This document shows, piece by piece, positions 19,760 through 30,304 of a stretch of DNA of 64,000 bases; position 1 is the first letter of the stretch, and each line of letters starts with the position of its first letter. Origin of the DNA: an uncultured Thermoleophilia bacterium (GTDB lineage: Bacteria > Actinomycetota > Thermoleophilia > UBA2241); the NCBI GenBank assembly GCA_963700035.1, contig CAVOWE010000008.1, positions 46,452-110,451 on the forward strand, in the 5' to 3' direction. The translations under genes and the position numbers were made by a program. Below the pieces are notes generated by a model, which made no database searches, was not told the DNA's origin, and was given only the letters and a program-made list of their open reading frames with translations.

Positions 19760-20986
19760 GTGGCCACCGAGCGCCTCGAAGGAGTGCGCTCGGTGGCCCT
19801 CGGGCTGTGGATCGCCGCCGGCTCGCGACAGGAGCCTCTCGAGCTCGGCGGCGTCTCGCACTTCATCGAGCACCTCATCTTCAAGGGCTCCGACCGGTTC
19901 AGCGCCTGGGACATCGCGCGCATCTTCGACGACATGGGCGGCGAGCCCAACGCGTCCACATCCAAGGAACACACGCTGGTCAACGCACGTTTTCTCGACG
20001 AAGACCTCGATACGGCCTTCGAGGTCATGGCCGAGATGCTGGCGCGACCGTCCTTCGCCGACCTCGACCAGGAGCGCGAAGTCGTGCTCGAAGAGGTCGC
20101 CATGTACGAGGATTCGCCGCCCGAGCTCATCCACGACGACCTCTGCGAGGCCGTCTTCGGCGAACATCCGCTCGGGCGCTCCATCATCGGGCACAGCGAG
20201 ACCCTCGCGCGCCTCGACCTTCCGACCGTGAGGACGTATCACGACGCCCACTACGTGAACCCCGGCATCGTGGTCTCGGCCAGCGGACACGTGGACCACG
20301 ACCACCTGTGCGAGCTCACGCAGGCGCACTTCCGCCCCGAGCCGGAAGCCGTCGTCAGACGGCCCGAGCTGAGTGCCCCAGGCTTCCGTCACGTGGCCGG
20401 GTTCTCTGTGAAAGACACCGAGCAGTACCATATCTGCCTCGGCGGCCCCGGGCCGCGGCGCGGCGATGCGGACCGCTACGCCGTGTTCGTCGTCGACACC
20501 ATCCTGGGCGGCTCGTGGAGCTCCCTGCTCTTCCAGGAGGTCCGTGAGAAGCGCGGCCTCGCCTACTCGGTCTACTCGTACACTTCCTTGTTCGCCGACG
20601 CCGGCCTGACGGCGATCTACGTCGGCTCCCGCGAGGAGGCCGTGGAAGAAGCCATGACCGTCATCCTCGACGTGCTCGACCGCCTTCCCGACGATATCCC
20701 GGACGAGGCCATCAAACGCGCCAGGAACCACCTCAAGGGCCAGCTCGTGCTGAGCATGGAGAGTCCGGGCAGCCGCATGCAGTCCCTCGGTCGAGCCGTG
20801 CTCATGGAGCAGCCCGTCCTCACCGTCGACGAGGTGCTGGAGCGTATCGACGCGGTGACCCGCGACGACGTGGTGGCCGCCGTGCGGCGCTACTACGACC
20901 CCAAGAAGTGGTCCACGGTGTGCATCGGCCCGCGGCCGGAGCCCTTCCGGGCCGTCACCGACGGGTTCACATGGGAGGAGCGATAA
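19760..20986 (+). CDS. M16-family zinc peptidase (pitrilysin-like)
   Basis: HFIEHLIFKG (HxxEH) motif. Homology visibly extends upstream (YRLSTLDNGLRVATE) to an ACG at 19718 behind a purine-rich SD. GTG 19760 is the first canonical start. Confidence 0.85.
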   Translation: MATERLEGVRSVALGLWIAAGSRQEPLELGGVSHFIEHLIFKGSDRFSAWDIARIFDDMGGEPNASTSKEHTLVNARFLDEDLDTAFEVMAEMLARPSFADLDQEREVVLEEVAMYEDSPPELIHDDLCEAVFGEHPLGRSIIGHSETLARLDLPTVRTYHDAHYVNPGIVVSASGHVDHDHLCELTQAHFRPEPEAVVRRPELSAPGFRHVAGFSVKDTEQYHICLGGPGPRRGDADRYAVFVVDTILGGSWSSLLFQEVREKRGLAYSVYSYTSLFADAGLTAIYVGSREEAVEEAMTVILDVLDRLPDDIPDEAIKRARNHLKGQLVLSMESPGSRMQSLGRAVLMEQPVLTVDEVLERIDAVTRDDVVAAVRRYYDPKKWSTVCIGPRPEPFRAVTDGFTWEER

Positions 20987-21038
20987 GCGGTATGTGCCTA
21001 CGGTATCCCGCTTGTGTACGCCGGAAGAGAGGGGCGTC

Positions 21039-21795
21039 ATGACAGACGTGCTCGTGACCGGCGCCGCCGGCAAGATGGGCGGCCTGAGCGCCGCCACGAT
21101 CGCCGCCCAGGACGACCTGCACCTGGTGGCGCTCGTCGACCCCAAGGGTGGCGCGAGCGCCGGCGACGCGCCGTGCTTCGCGACCGTGGAGCAGGCGCTG
21201 GCGCTGACGTCGCCCGAGGCGGCTCTCGAGTTCAGCGTCCCTGGGGCGGTGTTCGACAACACGAAGCTGCTGCTCGCCGCCGGCGTGCCGACCGTGGTCG
21301 GCGCCACCGGCCTGGACGAGGCCGCCGTGGAGGAGCTCAGCGCCGCCGCGGCGGCGGCGGGTGTGGGCCTCGTGATCGTGCCCAACTTCGCTCTCGGAGC
21401 CGTTCTGCTGATGCGCTTCGCCAGCGAGGCGGCCAAGTACTACGCAGCACGCCGAGGTCATCGAGATGCACGAATCCGGCAAGCTGGACGCTCCGTCCGG
21501 CACCAGTCTCCGCACGGCACGCCTCATGGCCGAGGCGCCGGGTTCTGCCCTGCGGGACGCGCCCGGCGACCAGCCGTCGCGCGGTCTCGCGGCCGACCAC
21601 GTGCGCATCCACAGCGTGCGCCTTCCGGGCGTCGTCGCCCACCAGGAAGTCCTCTTCGGCGGCGGCGACGAGCTGCTCACGCTGCGTCACGATTCACTGT
21701 CGCGGCGTTCGTTCATGAGCGGCGTCCTGCTGGCCCTTCGCCGCGTGACCGGCATCGAGGGGACTGTCGTCGGCCTGGAGAACCTCCTAGACTAG
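21039..21795 (+). pseudogene. dapB: 4-hydroxy-tetrahydrodipicolinate reductase, one frameshift near 21445-21455
   Basis: N-terminal VLVTGAAGKMG lies in the frame of ORF 20994. The conserved HAEVIEMHESGKLDAPSGTS and C-terminus lie in the frame of ORF 21466..21795. Confidence 0.85.
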
Positions 21796-21839
21796 TGCGA
21801 GCACGTACCGGCCACCGTCCGCCTGCGAGGAGCCGCGCC

Positions 21840-22721
21840 ATGACCGACAGCCTTGGGACGATCCTCACCGCGATGGTGACGCCGTTCGACGCCGACCTGG
21901 CCGTCGACCATGGCAAGCTCGCCGCGCTCGCCGAGTACCTCATCGCCAACGGCTCCGACGGGCTGGTGGTCGCCGGCACCACCGGCGAGTCGCCCACGCT
22001 CACCGACGACGAGAAGGCGGCGATGTTCCGCACCGTCGTCGAGGCGGTGGGCGACAAGGTGCCTGTCGTCGCCGGCACCGGTTCCAACGACACCGCCCAC
22101 AGCGTCGCGCTCACGCGGGTCGCCGAGGACTGCGGCGTCGCTGCGGTCCTCGTGGTCACGCCTTACTACAACAAGCCGCCCGAGCGTGGCCTGCTGGCGC
22201 ACTTTCGCGCCGTGGCCGCGGCCACCAGCCTGCCGCTCGTGGTGTACAACATCCCCGGACGTTCCCTGGTCAACCTGTCGCCTGAGGCCCTCGCCACCCT
22301 GGGGGCGGTCGACAACATCGTGGCCGTGAAGCAGGCCAACCCCGACCTCGACGAGCTGCGGCGGCTGCGGGAGCTCAGCGACGTCGGCATCTACGCCGGC
22401 AACGACGACATGCTGCTCGACGTGCTCAAGATGGGAGGCCTGGGCGGCATCTGCGTGGCCAGCCACGTGGTCGGCCCGCGGCTGGCCGAGATGGCCCGGC
22501 TCGTCAGAGCCGGCGACGAGGCCGGGGCGGAGAGGCTCGACGAAGCGCTCCGCCCTCTCTACAGCACCCTGTTCCTGACGGCCAACCCCATCCTCGTCAA
22601 GGAAGCGATGAACCTTCTGGGGCACGAGGTCGGCGGTCTGCGCCTCCCGCTCGTGCCCGCCACGCCGCAAGAATCCGCCGCCGTGGCCGACGAGCTGCGG
22701 CGCCTGGGCCTGCTGAGCTGA
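21840..22721 (+). CDS. dapA: 4-hydroxy-tetrahydrodipicolinate synthase
   Basis: TAMVTPF, VAGTTGESPTL, YNIPGRS and VAVKQA (active-site Lys) motifs. It is the last third of the artificially long ORF 20994..22721. Confidence 0.93.
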   Translation: MTDSLGTILTAMVTPFDADLAVDHGKLAALAEYLIANGSDGLVVAGTTGESPTLTDDEKAAMFRTVVEAVGDKVPVVAGTGSNDTAHSVALTRVAEDCGVAAVLVVTPYYNKPPERGLLAHFRAVAAATSLPLVVYNIPGRSLVNLSPEALATLGAVDNIVAVKQANPDLDELRRLRELSDVGIYAGNDDMLLDVLKMGGLGGICVASHVVGPRLAEMARLVRAGDEAGAERLDEALRPLYSTLFLTANPILVKEAMNLLGHEVGGLRLPLVPATPQESAAVADELRRLGLLS

Positions 22722-22798
22722 GCCCGGCACGACCTCTTTCGGCCGCCTCGAGGCGATGGTTCGCCCACGGGGTCGCGGGCAGGTAGGATTGCCCCTGC

Positions 22799-24464
22799 AT
22801 GAGTGACTCCCTCAAGATCATCCCTCTCGGCGGTCTCGGCGAGATCGGCAAGAACATGACGGCCGTCGAGTACCGCGGCAAGATCGTCGTGCTCGACTGC
22901 GGCGTCGAGTTCCCGCGCGACGAGATGCTCGGCATCGACCTCGTGATCCCCGACATCCGCTGGCTGCTCGAGCGCCGCGACGACGTCCTGGCGTTCGTCA
23001 TCACGCACGGCCACGAGGATCACCAGGGGGCGCTGCCCTTCGTGCTCAAGCAGCTCAACAAGCCGGTGTACGGCAGCCGCTTCACCTTGGCCCTCATCAA
23101 ATCCAAGCTCGACGAGCACGGGCTTCTCAAGGTCGTCGAGCTCAACGAAGTCAGCGACAAGTCACATGCTGCAGTCTGGGACCCTTCGAGGTCTCTTTCA
23201 TCGCCACGAGCCACAGCGTGCCCGATCGCTCTTCATCGTGCTCGGCACCGAAATGGGCGCAGTGCTGCTCACCGGCGACTACAGGTTCGACCACACGCCG
23301 ATCGACGGTCGCATCACCGACGTCAACACGTTCGCCCTGCTCGGCCAGAAGGGTGTCCTTGCCCTGCTCGGCCGACTCGACCAACGTCGAGACGCCCGGG
23401 TCGACGGCCTCGGAGAGCACCGTCGGCCAGGCCTTCCACCAGATCTTCGCCGAGGCCGAGGGCCGCGTGATCGTCGCCAGCTTCGCCTCGCACATCCACC
23501 GCATCCAGCAGGCGATCACCATCGCTCGATCTGCACGGACGCAAGTTCGCGCTCTCGGGCCGCTCGATGGTGAAGAACGCGAACATCGCCCGCAACCTGG
23601 GCTATCTCGACGTGCCGGACGGCGCGCATGATCAAGCTCACCGAGATCGACGACTACCGCCCCGAGGAGATCCTCATCCTCGCCACGGGGAGTCAGGGTG
23701 AGCCCCTCTCGGCGCTCACGCGCATGGCCTTCGACGACCACCCGCAGGTCGCCCTGCACGAGGGCGACACGGTGGTCATCTCCGCCAAGGCGATCCCCGG
23801 CAATGAGCGCAGCGTGACGGCCACCATCGATCGCCTGCTCAAGGTCGGAGCAACCGTCATCTACGGCGAGGACAGCGGCATCCACGTCAGCGGCCACGCC
23901 GCCCAGGAAGACATGCGCATGATGCTCAATCTCACGCGCCCGCAGTACTTCGTGCCGGTGCACGGTGAGTACCGCATGCAGCACTTTCATGCCGAGCTCG
24001 CGCGTCAGTCCGGCATCCGCGACGAGGACATCTTCATCCTCGAGAACGGCGACGTCCTCGAGCTCGATCGCGAGAACGGAGAGCTCGTCGACAAGGTGCC
24101 CACGGGCATGGTGTTCGTGGACGGCTTCGAGCTCGGCGACGCCGAGGGCCTGGTGCTTCGCGACCGCCAGCAGCTGGCCGGCGACGGCATCCTCATCGCC
24201 GTGGTCACGGTCGACGCCCAGAACGGCGACTCGGTGGTGCCGCCGGAGCTGGTGGCGCGCGGTTTCCTGCACGATGACGACCGCCTTCAGGAGGTCCTCG
24301 ACGAGTGCGCGACCGCGCTCGACGACCTCATGGACGAGCTCGGCGCCGTGCACGTGACGGGGCAGCGCCTCATCAGGGATGACATCAAGGAGAAGCTCGC
24401 CGAGCTCGTCTACGCACGCACCCGGCGGCGGCCGCTGATCATGCCGGTCGTCGTCGAAGTCTGA
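22799..24464 (+). pseudogene. rnj: ribonuclease J, about five frameshifts between 23160 and 23625
   Basis: Metallo-beta-lactamase motif ITHGHEDHQG is in the first ORF. GPFEVSFIATSHSVPD, LGTEMGAVLLTGDYRFDHTP, ADSTNVETPG, ASFASHIHRIQQ and HGRKFALSGRSMVKN are found in alternating frames. An intact C-terminal half lies in ORF 23628..24464. Confidence 0.85.
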
Positions 24465-24540
24465 ACGACCGGCTTCCTCTCCCTGTACCGCGCGCTCCTT
24501 CCTCCTAGGGATTCTCGCGCCCGCGTTGAATAGTCGCCCT

Positions 24541-26992
24541 ATGGCGACTGCACGCCCCAGGCAGGCACGGCGCGCGGGCGCCGCGGCGCGCACGCGTCCG
24601 CGCGCCGCCCGTCCGCTGCCCCGCCCTCAGAGCTCGGCCACCCGTCACCGCCACGAGCTGGCGGCGATCGCCTGCGTGGCCCTCGCCGTGTTCCTCGCTT
24701 TCGTCATCTTCTTCGGCTGGGACGGTGGGGCGCTCGGGCGTTGGCTGGGCGGCATCACGCGCTGGCTGGTCGGACTGCTGATCTTCGCGCTCCCGTTCCT
24801 GCTGTGCTTCGTCGCCTACTTGCTCGTGGCCCGCGACGACCGCCGCCCGCGCCGCGGGGTGAGCTGGGGGGTCGCACTGATCGTCGCCGCCTTCGTCCTG
24901 GCCGCGGCCGCCGACGCGTTCGGCCTGTTCGCGGGGGAGCGGCCGGAGCGGCTCTTCCGCGACACGTACATGAGCGCCCACGGCGGGGTGGCCGGCGAAG
25001 CTCTGTGGGCCGGGCTGCACGGCGTCATCGGACGCCTCGGCGTGGACGTCCTCGTCGTCGCCCTGCTCGTGGCCGGCGTCCTCCTCGCGACCGGCTCGTC
25101 ACTGCGCCAGTGGGCGGACCATTCGCGCAAGGGCGTGGCCGCCGCCGGAGCCGCCGCAGGCAGGGCGGCGCGCAGCCAGGCCGAAGCCTTGGGCGCAAGC
25201 CGCAGGGATGCGTCCCCGACCCGCGTCGTGGAGCTCGACGAAACCCCGACGATCGACGCCTTCGACGTGATGAGGACGTCCGTGTCTCCGGCGGCCCAGT
25301 ACGGGCCCGCCGTGAGCACGCACACCCCGCGGCTCGTGGACGGACGCCTGGCGGCGCCCGAGATCTTCGGCGCGCCGACGCCCTTCGCGCCGCCGCCGGA
25401 ACCAGCGGAAGAGGGCGACGAAGGCGAGCAGCTCTCGCTCGCCCAGGCCGTGTCCGACAAGCCCGGCGGAGAGGACGTCGCGATCGCCTTCCACGACGCC
25501 GAGAAGCGCCAGTGGCTGCTCCCCGAGCCGTCGCTTCTGCAGCGGCTCGGCGAGAGCATCGGCGAGTCGCCCGACGCCATCCGCAGAGTCTCCCAGCGTC
25601 TGGTCGACACGCTCGGATCCTTCAACATCGAGGCGCAGGTCATCGGCACCGTCTCGGGGCCGCGCGTCACGCGCTACGAGCTGCAGCTGGCGCCGGGCAT
25701 CAAGGTGAGCCGCGTCGCGGCGCTCAAGGCCGATCTCGCCTACGCGCTCGCGGCCACCGACATCCGCGTGCAGGCGCCGATCCCCGGAAAGACGGCAGTC
25801 GGCGTGGAAGTGCCCAACCTCGAGGCCAACTACGTCTCTCTCGGCGACATCCACGGGCTCTTCCCGCCGCACGCCTCGCCGATGGCCTTCTGGCTCGGCA
25901 AGGATGTCACCGGCAAGGCCGTGCTCGCCGATCTGGTCAAGATGGTCCACCTCCTGATCGCCGGCACCACGGGCTCCGGCAAGAGCGGCTGCCTCAACGC
26001 GCTGATCAGCTCGATCCTGCTGCGGGCTACGCCGGACGAAGTCCGTATGATCATGATCGACCCCAAGAAGGTGGAGCTGAGCACCTTCAACGGCGTGCCC
26101 CATCTGCTGGCCCCGGTGGTCACCAACATGAAGCAGGCCACCTACGTGCTCGACAACATCATCCGCGAGATGGACCGCCGCTACGACGTGCTCTCGCGCA
26201 ACGGCTGCCAGGACATCCGTGTGCTCAACAAGAAGTTCGCGCGCTCCGGCGAGGAGCACATGCCGTACATCATGGTGATCGTCGACGAGCTGGCCGACCT
26301 CATGATGGTGGCGCCCTCCGAAGTGGAGGACTCCATCATCCGCCTCGGCCAGCTCGGGCGCAGCTGCGGCATCCACCTCGTCGTGGCCACGCAGCGACCC
26401 TCGGTGGACGTGGTGACCGGCATGATCAAGACCAACATCCCGTCGCGCATCGCCTTCGCCGTGAGCTCGCAGACCGACTCCCGCATCATCCTCGACCAGG
26501 GCGGCGCCGAGAGCCTGCTGGGCATGGGCGACATGCTGTTCAGCCCCATGGGCAGCAACCGCCTGCTGCGCGTGCAGGGGGCCCTCATCACCGCTCACGA
26601 GATGAAGCTGCTCACCGAGCACTGGAAACGCCAGGCCAAGCCCCAGTTCCAGGAGGACCTCCTCGAGAACCCCGCCGGCCCGGACGCCGAACAGCAGGCG
26701 CAGGCGGCCGGCGGCGACCAGCTCCTCGCCGAGGCCATCCGCACCGTGGTGACGACGGGTGCAGCCTCCGTGGCGCTGCTGCAGCGGCGCCTGCGCGTGG
26801 GCTACGCGCGCGCCGGCCGGCTCATCGACATCATGGAGGAGATGGGCATCATCTCGGGATACGACGGCAGCAAGGCCCGCGCCGTGCTCATCGACGAGGC
26901 CGAGCTGCCGGCGACGCTCGCGCGGGTGTCCGGCGACGAGGCGCCGGAGGACGCCTCCCGAGGCGGCCGTCCCGGCCGCCGAAGAGGCCTGA
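24541..26992 (+). CDS. ftsK: DNA translocase FtsK/SpoIIIE; 3' end uncertain (probable frameshift near 26957)
   Basis: N-terminal TM helices. Motor domain with Walker A GTTGSGKS and IVDELADLM. Gamma wHTH LLQRRLRVGYARAGRLID. As given, the frame runs on without a stop into the next gene. A +1 frame gives ...EAAVPAAEEA* ending at 26992, followed by two hairpins. Confidence 0.8.
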
Positions 26993-27105
26993 CCGGCGCC
27001 TCAGGCCCGGCTCGGCCGATTTGTCTTCGCCGAGCCCGCTTACTAGACTATACGTTCGGGCGCCGGGCCACCGGCCCCGAGCCACCGAGGAGAAGGCCAT
27101 CCGTC

Positions 27106-27849
27106 GTGTTTGAGATCGGCAACACGCTGCGCGAGGCGCGCGTGCGTCGCAACCTCACGCTCCAGCAGGTCGAAGAGGACACGAAGATCCGTGTCAAGTA
27201 CGTTCAGGCCATGGAGAACGAGGACTTCGATATCATGCCCGGGGCGACCTACGTCAAGGGCTTCCTGCGCACCTACTCCGAGTATCTCGCCCTGGATCCC
27301 GAGGTCATTCTCGGCGAGTATCGCTCGCGCGGCGTGAGGACCACCGAGATCCAGGAGCCCTTCGGCGGCGTCTCGATGCTCGGCGCGCCGCGCAGCCACA
27401 GGGGGCGCAACACCGTCGTGTTCGTGGCCGTCATCTGCCTTCTCGTGCTCGCCGTGATCTGGATCCTCGGCCGCGGCACCGAGACGCCGCAGTCCACCAA
27501 TCCCGGGGCCCTCGGCATCGTGAGCACCTCGCCGTCGCCCTCGGCAAGCAAGTCCGCCAAGCCCCAGAAGACGACCTCACCGGTCGTCAGCGGTACGCTG
27601 CGCATCACCGTCCCCGACGGTGAGAGCTGGCTGGAAGTCCGCAGGAACGGAGCCACGGGCACCGTGCTGTTCTCCGGCACGGTCGCGAACGGCAAGACAC
27701 GCGCTTTCGTCGGCGACGTCCTGTGGCTGCGTCTGGGCAACCCGTCGGCGGTCCGCCTGAGCGTCGGAGGGCACAAGCTCGCGCTCAACGATGACGTGGG
27801 GCCCGTCGACTACATCCTCAAGGACGGCAAGCTCGAGAGGCAGGACTGA
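27106..27849 (+). CDS. RodZ-like HTH protein with TM segment and DUF4115-like C-terminal domain
   Basis: GTG 27106 behind GAGGAGAAGG. LTLQQVEEDTKIRVKYVQAMENEDFD..PG.TYVKGFLRTYSEYL is RodZ-like. One TM helix, a Ser/Pro linker and a beta-rich C-terminus. Confidence 0.75.
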   Translation: MFEIGNTLREARVRRNLTLQQVEEDTKIRVKYVQAMENEDFDIMPGATYVKGFLRTYSEYLALDPEVILGEYRSRGVRTTEIQEPFGGVSMLGAPRSHRGRNTVVFVAVICLLVLAVIWILGRGTETPQSTNPGALGIVSTSPSPSASKSAKPQKTTSPVVSGTLRITVPDGESWLEVRRNGATGTVLFSGTVANGKTRAFVGDVLWLRLGNPSAVRLSVGGHKLALNDDVGPVDYILKDGKLERQD

Positions 27850-27850
27850 C

Positions 27851-28342
27851 ATGGCCAAGGAATCGTCGTTCGACGTGGTCTCGCGCGCCGATATCAACGA
27901 GGTACGCAACGCCGTCAACATGGCGCAGAAGGAGATCGCCACGCGCTACGACTTCAAGAAGAGCGTGAGCTCCATCACGCTCGAGGGCGAGACGCTGGTG
28001 CTGATCTCCGACGACGACGGCAAGCTCAAGCAGGTCGTGGACGTGCTCGAGGAGAAGCTCGTGCGCCGCAAGGTCCCGCTCAAGGCGCTGCAGTACGGCA
28101 AGGTCGAGGAGGCACTGGGCGGCACCGTGCGCCAGCGCGTGCCCGTCGCGCAGGGCATCCCCGACGACAAGATCAAGGCCATGAACAAGCTGCTGCGCCA
28201 GCGCTTCAAGAAGGTCAAGTCGCAGATCCAGGGCGACACGCTGCGCGTGTTCTCGGCGAGCAAGGACGAGCTCCAGGCCGCCATGGCGGCCCTCCGCGAA
28301 GAGGACTGGGGCGTCCCTCTGCAGTTCGTCAACTATCGCTGA
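27851..28342 (+). CDS. yajQ: YajQ-family nucleotide / cyclic-di-GMP-binding protein
   Basis: 163 aa. SFDVVSRADINEVRNAVNMAQKEIATRYDFK is a hallmark UPF0234/YajQ N-terminus. Confidence 0.9.
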   Translation: MAKESSFDVVSRADINEVRNAVNMAQKEIATRYDFKKSVSSITLEGETLVLISDDDGKLKQVVDVLEEKLVRRKVPLKALQYGKVEEALGGTVRQRVPVAQGIPDDKIKAMNKLLRQRFKKVKSQIQGDTLRVFSASKDELQAAMAALREEDWGVPLQFVNYR

Positions 28343-28349
28343 GGCCGCG

Positions 28350-29652
28350 ACGGGCGCGGGCTTCTTCATCCAGACGCTCGGCTGCCCCAAGAACGAGGCC
28401 GACTCCGATGCGCTCGCTCGCCGGCTGCGCGCCGCCGGGCACCGCGAAGCGCCTCCCGGCCGGGCCGACGTGGTGGTCGTCAACACCTGCGGGTTCATCG
28501 ACGCCGCCAAGGAGGAGTCCATCGCAGCGCTCCTCGAGGCGGCGGACTTCGCCCACGGGCGGGGGGCGCGCGTGGCCGCCGTCGGCTGCCTCGTGGAGCG
28601 CTACCGCGACGAGCTCGCCGCGGAGCTTCCCGAGGTGGATCTGTGGTGCGGCCTCGACACGGCGCCGCTGCTCGCCGCCCTCCGCGAAGCGGGGGACGGG
28701 GAAGAGGGCGCGGAGGGGCGCGGCGCAGCCCTGCCGGTGCCGCGCCGCCCGCGCCCCGTCTCCAGCTACCTCAAGATCTCGGACGGCTGCGACCGCCGCT
28801 GCGCGTACTGCGCCATCCCGCTCATCAAGGGCGACTACGAGACGGTGGCGGCCGCGGAGATCCTGCGCGGCGCGCGCGCGGCGCTGGCCGCCGGCGCCAA
28901 AGAGCTCGTGCTCGTCGGCCAGGACACGTCGCGCTGGGCGCAGCCGGGCTGGGGCGGGCTCGAGCGGCTGCTCGCGGAGCTCAAGGCGCTCGAGCCCGCC
29001 CCTATCTGGCTGCGCCTGCTCTACGTGCAGCCAGACGGCATCGACCAGGGCCTCCTGGAGGCCCTCTCGCGCCACGCGGTGCCCTACGTGGACGTCCCCC
29101 TCCAGCACGCCTCCGGCGCCGTCCTGCGGCGCATGAAGCGCCGCGGCGACGGCGCCGCGTATCTCGACCTGCTCGCGCGCGTGCGCCGCGCGCTGCCCGG
29201 AGCCGCCGTGCGTTCGACGTTCATCGCCGGGTTCCCCGGCGAGACCGACGAGGAGTTCGACGAGCTCGTCGCCTTCGTGCGCGCAGGCCGGGCTCGCGGC
29301 CGCCGGCGTGTTCCCCTACGACGCCCAGGAGGGTACCCCGGCGGCGGCGCTCCCCGGGCAGGTCCCGGCGGCACTCGCCTTCGAGCGCGCCGCCGTGCTC
29401 GGCTAGGCGATAGACGACGTGGCCGCCGCCTTCTGGCAGGCGCTCGCCGGGCGCCCTCTCGACGTGCTGATAGAGCGCGGCGCGAGAGCGGGCGGCATCG
29501 CCGTCGGGCGTTGCGCCCTGCAGGCACCCGACATCGACGGACGGACCCTCGTGCGCGGCGCCGCAGTCCGGCGCGGCCAGGTCGTGCAGGCCGTGGCGTC
29601 GGGCAGCGTCGGGTATGATGTCGAGGCCGACGCCGGGAGACGGAAGCCGTGA
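28350..29652 (+). pseudogene. rimO: ribosomal protein S12 methylthiotransferase RimO with three lesions (no canonical start, frameshift near 29281, in-frame TAG at 29404)
   Basis: FFIQTLGCPKNEADS N-terminus with only an ACG (28350) behind GAGG. Radical-SAM CDRRCAYC. After AFVR the conserved AGLAAAGVFPYDAQEGTPAA continues in frame 1. TAG at 29404-29406 interrupts ...ERAAVLG*AIDDV. The TRAM-like end runs to the TGA at 29650-29652. Confidence 0.8.
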
Positions 29653-30245
29653 GCAGCAGTCAGTTGAACCTCGCCAATGCCATCACCATCGCACGGATCC
29701 TGCTCATCCCCGTGTTCCTGGTGCTGCTGCTCTCGGGGATCCCGCAGCCGTACGGCGACATCGCCGCCGCCGCCGTGTTCATCCTGGCGGCGGCCACCGA
29801 CAAGCTCGACGGCTACGTGGCGCGGCGCAACAAGCAGATCACGACGCTCGGGCAGTTCCTCGACCCTCTCGCCGACAAGCTGCTCATCGCCGCCGCCCTC
29901 ATCGCCCTGGTGAGCCAGGGACGGATCGCGGCCTGGGTGGCCATGCTCATCATCGGCCGCGAGATCGCCGTCAGCGTGCTGCGCATCGTCGGCGTGTCGC
30001 AGGGGGTCTCCATCCCCGCGGACAAGTACGGCAAGCTCAAGACGGTCCTGCAGATCGTCTACGTGGTGTACGTCCTGGTGCCCACCGACAACATCGCGGA
30101 GCTGATCCACGTGTCCACCGACGTGGCCACCATCATCCAGTGGATCCTGGCGGGGGTCGTCGTGGTCGTGACCCTGGCTTCGGGGGTGCGCTACTTCATG
30201 AACGCACGCGGCGTCATCCGTATGCCCGGGAGTCCGCAGAGATGA
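29649..30245 (+). CDS. pgsA: CDP-diacylglycerol--glycerol-3-phosphate 3-phosphatidyltransferase
   Basis: 198 aa. CDP-alcohol motif ATDKLDGYVARR...G.FLDPLADK. GTG overlaps the rimO stop. Confidence 0.9.
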   Translation: MSSSQLNLANAITIARILLIPVFLVLLLSGIPQPYGDIAAAAVFILAAATDKLDGYVARRNKQITTLGQFLDPLADKLLIAAALIALVSQGRIAAWVAMLIIGREIAVSVLRIVGVSQGVSIPADKYGKLKTVLQIVYVVYVLVPTDNIAELIHVSTDVATIIQWILAGVVVVVTLASGVRYFMNARGVIRMPGSPQR

Positions 30246-30304
30246 ACGGCGCCCGGCGGAAGCGCGCGGCCTCGTGAGCGGCGCGCTGCCCGCGCGCCGC
30301 CGTC

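Noticed and set aside
20987-21038. Lysine riboswitch upstream of dapB/dapA.
   Set aside because: The spacer is only about 50 nt, far too short for an L-box. No conserved L-box elements were seen.
20994-22721. Giant single ORFs that look like novel fusion proteins: 20994..22721, 13345..14241, 30305..32080 and 42020..43828.
   Set aside because: Each is a concatenation of neighbouring genes (dapB+dapA, DUF503+rbfA, cinA+thpR, hflX shadow+dut+nudix). The joins are out-of-frame read-through and overlapping start/stop codons, and the middle segments are Arg/Pro-rich nonsense.
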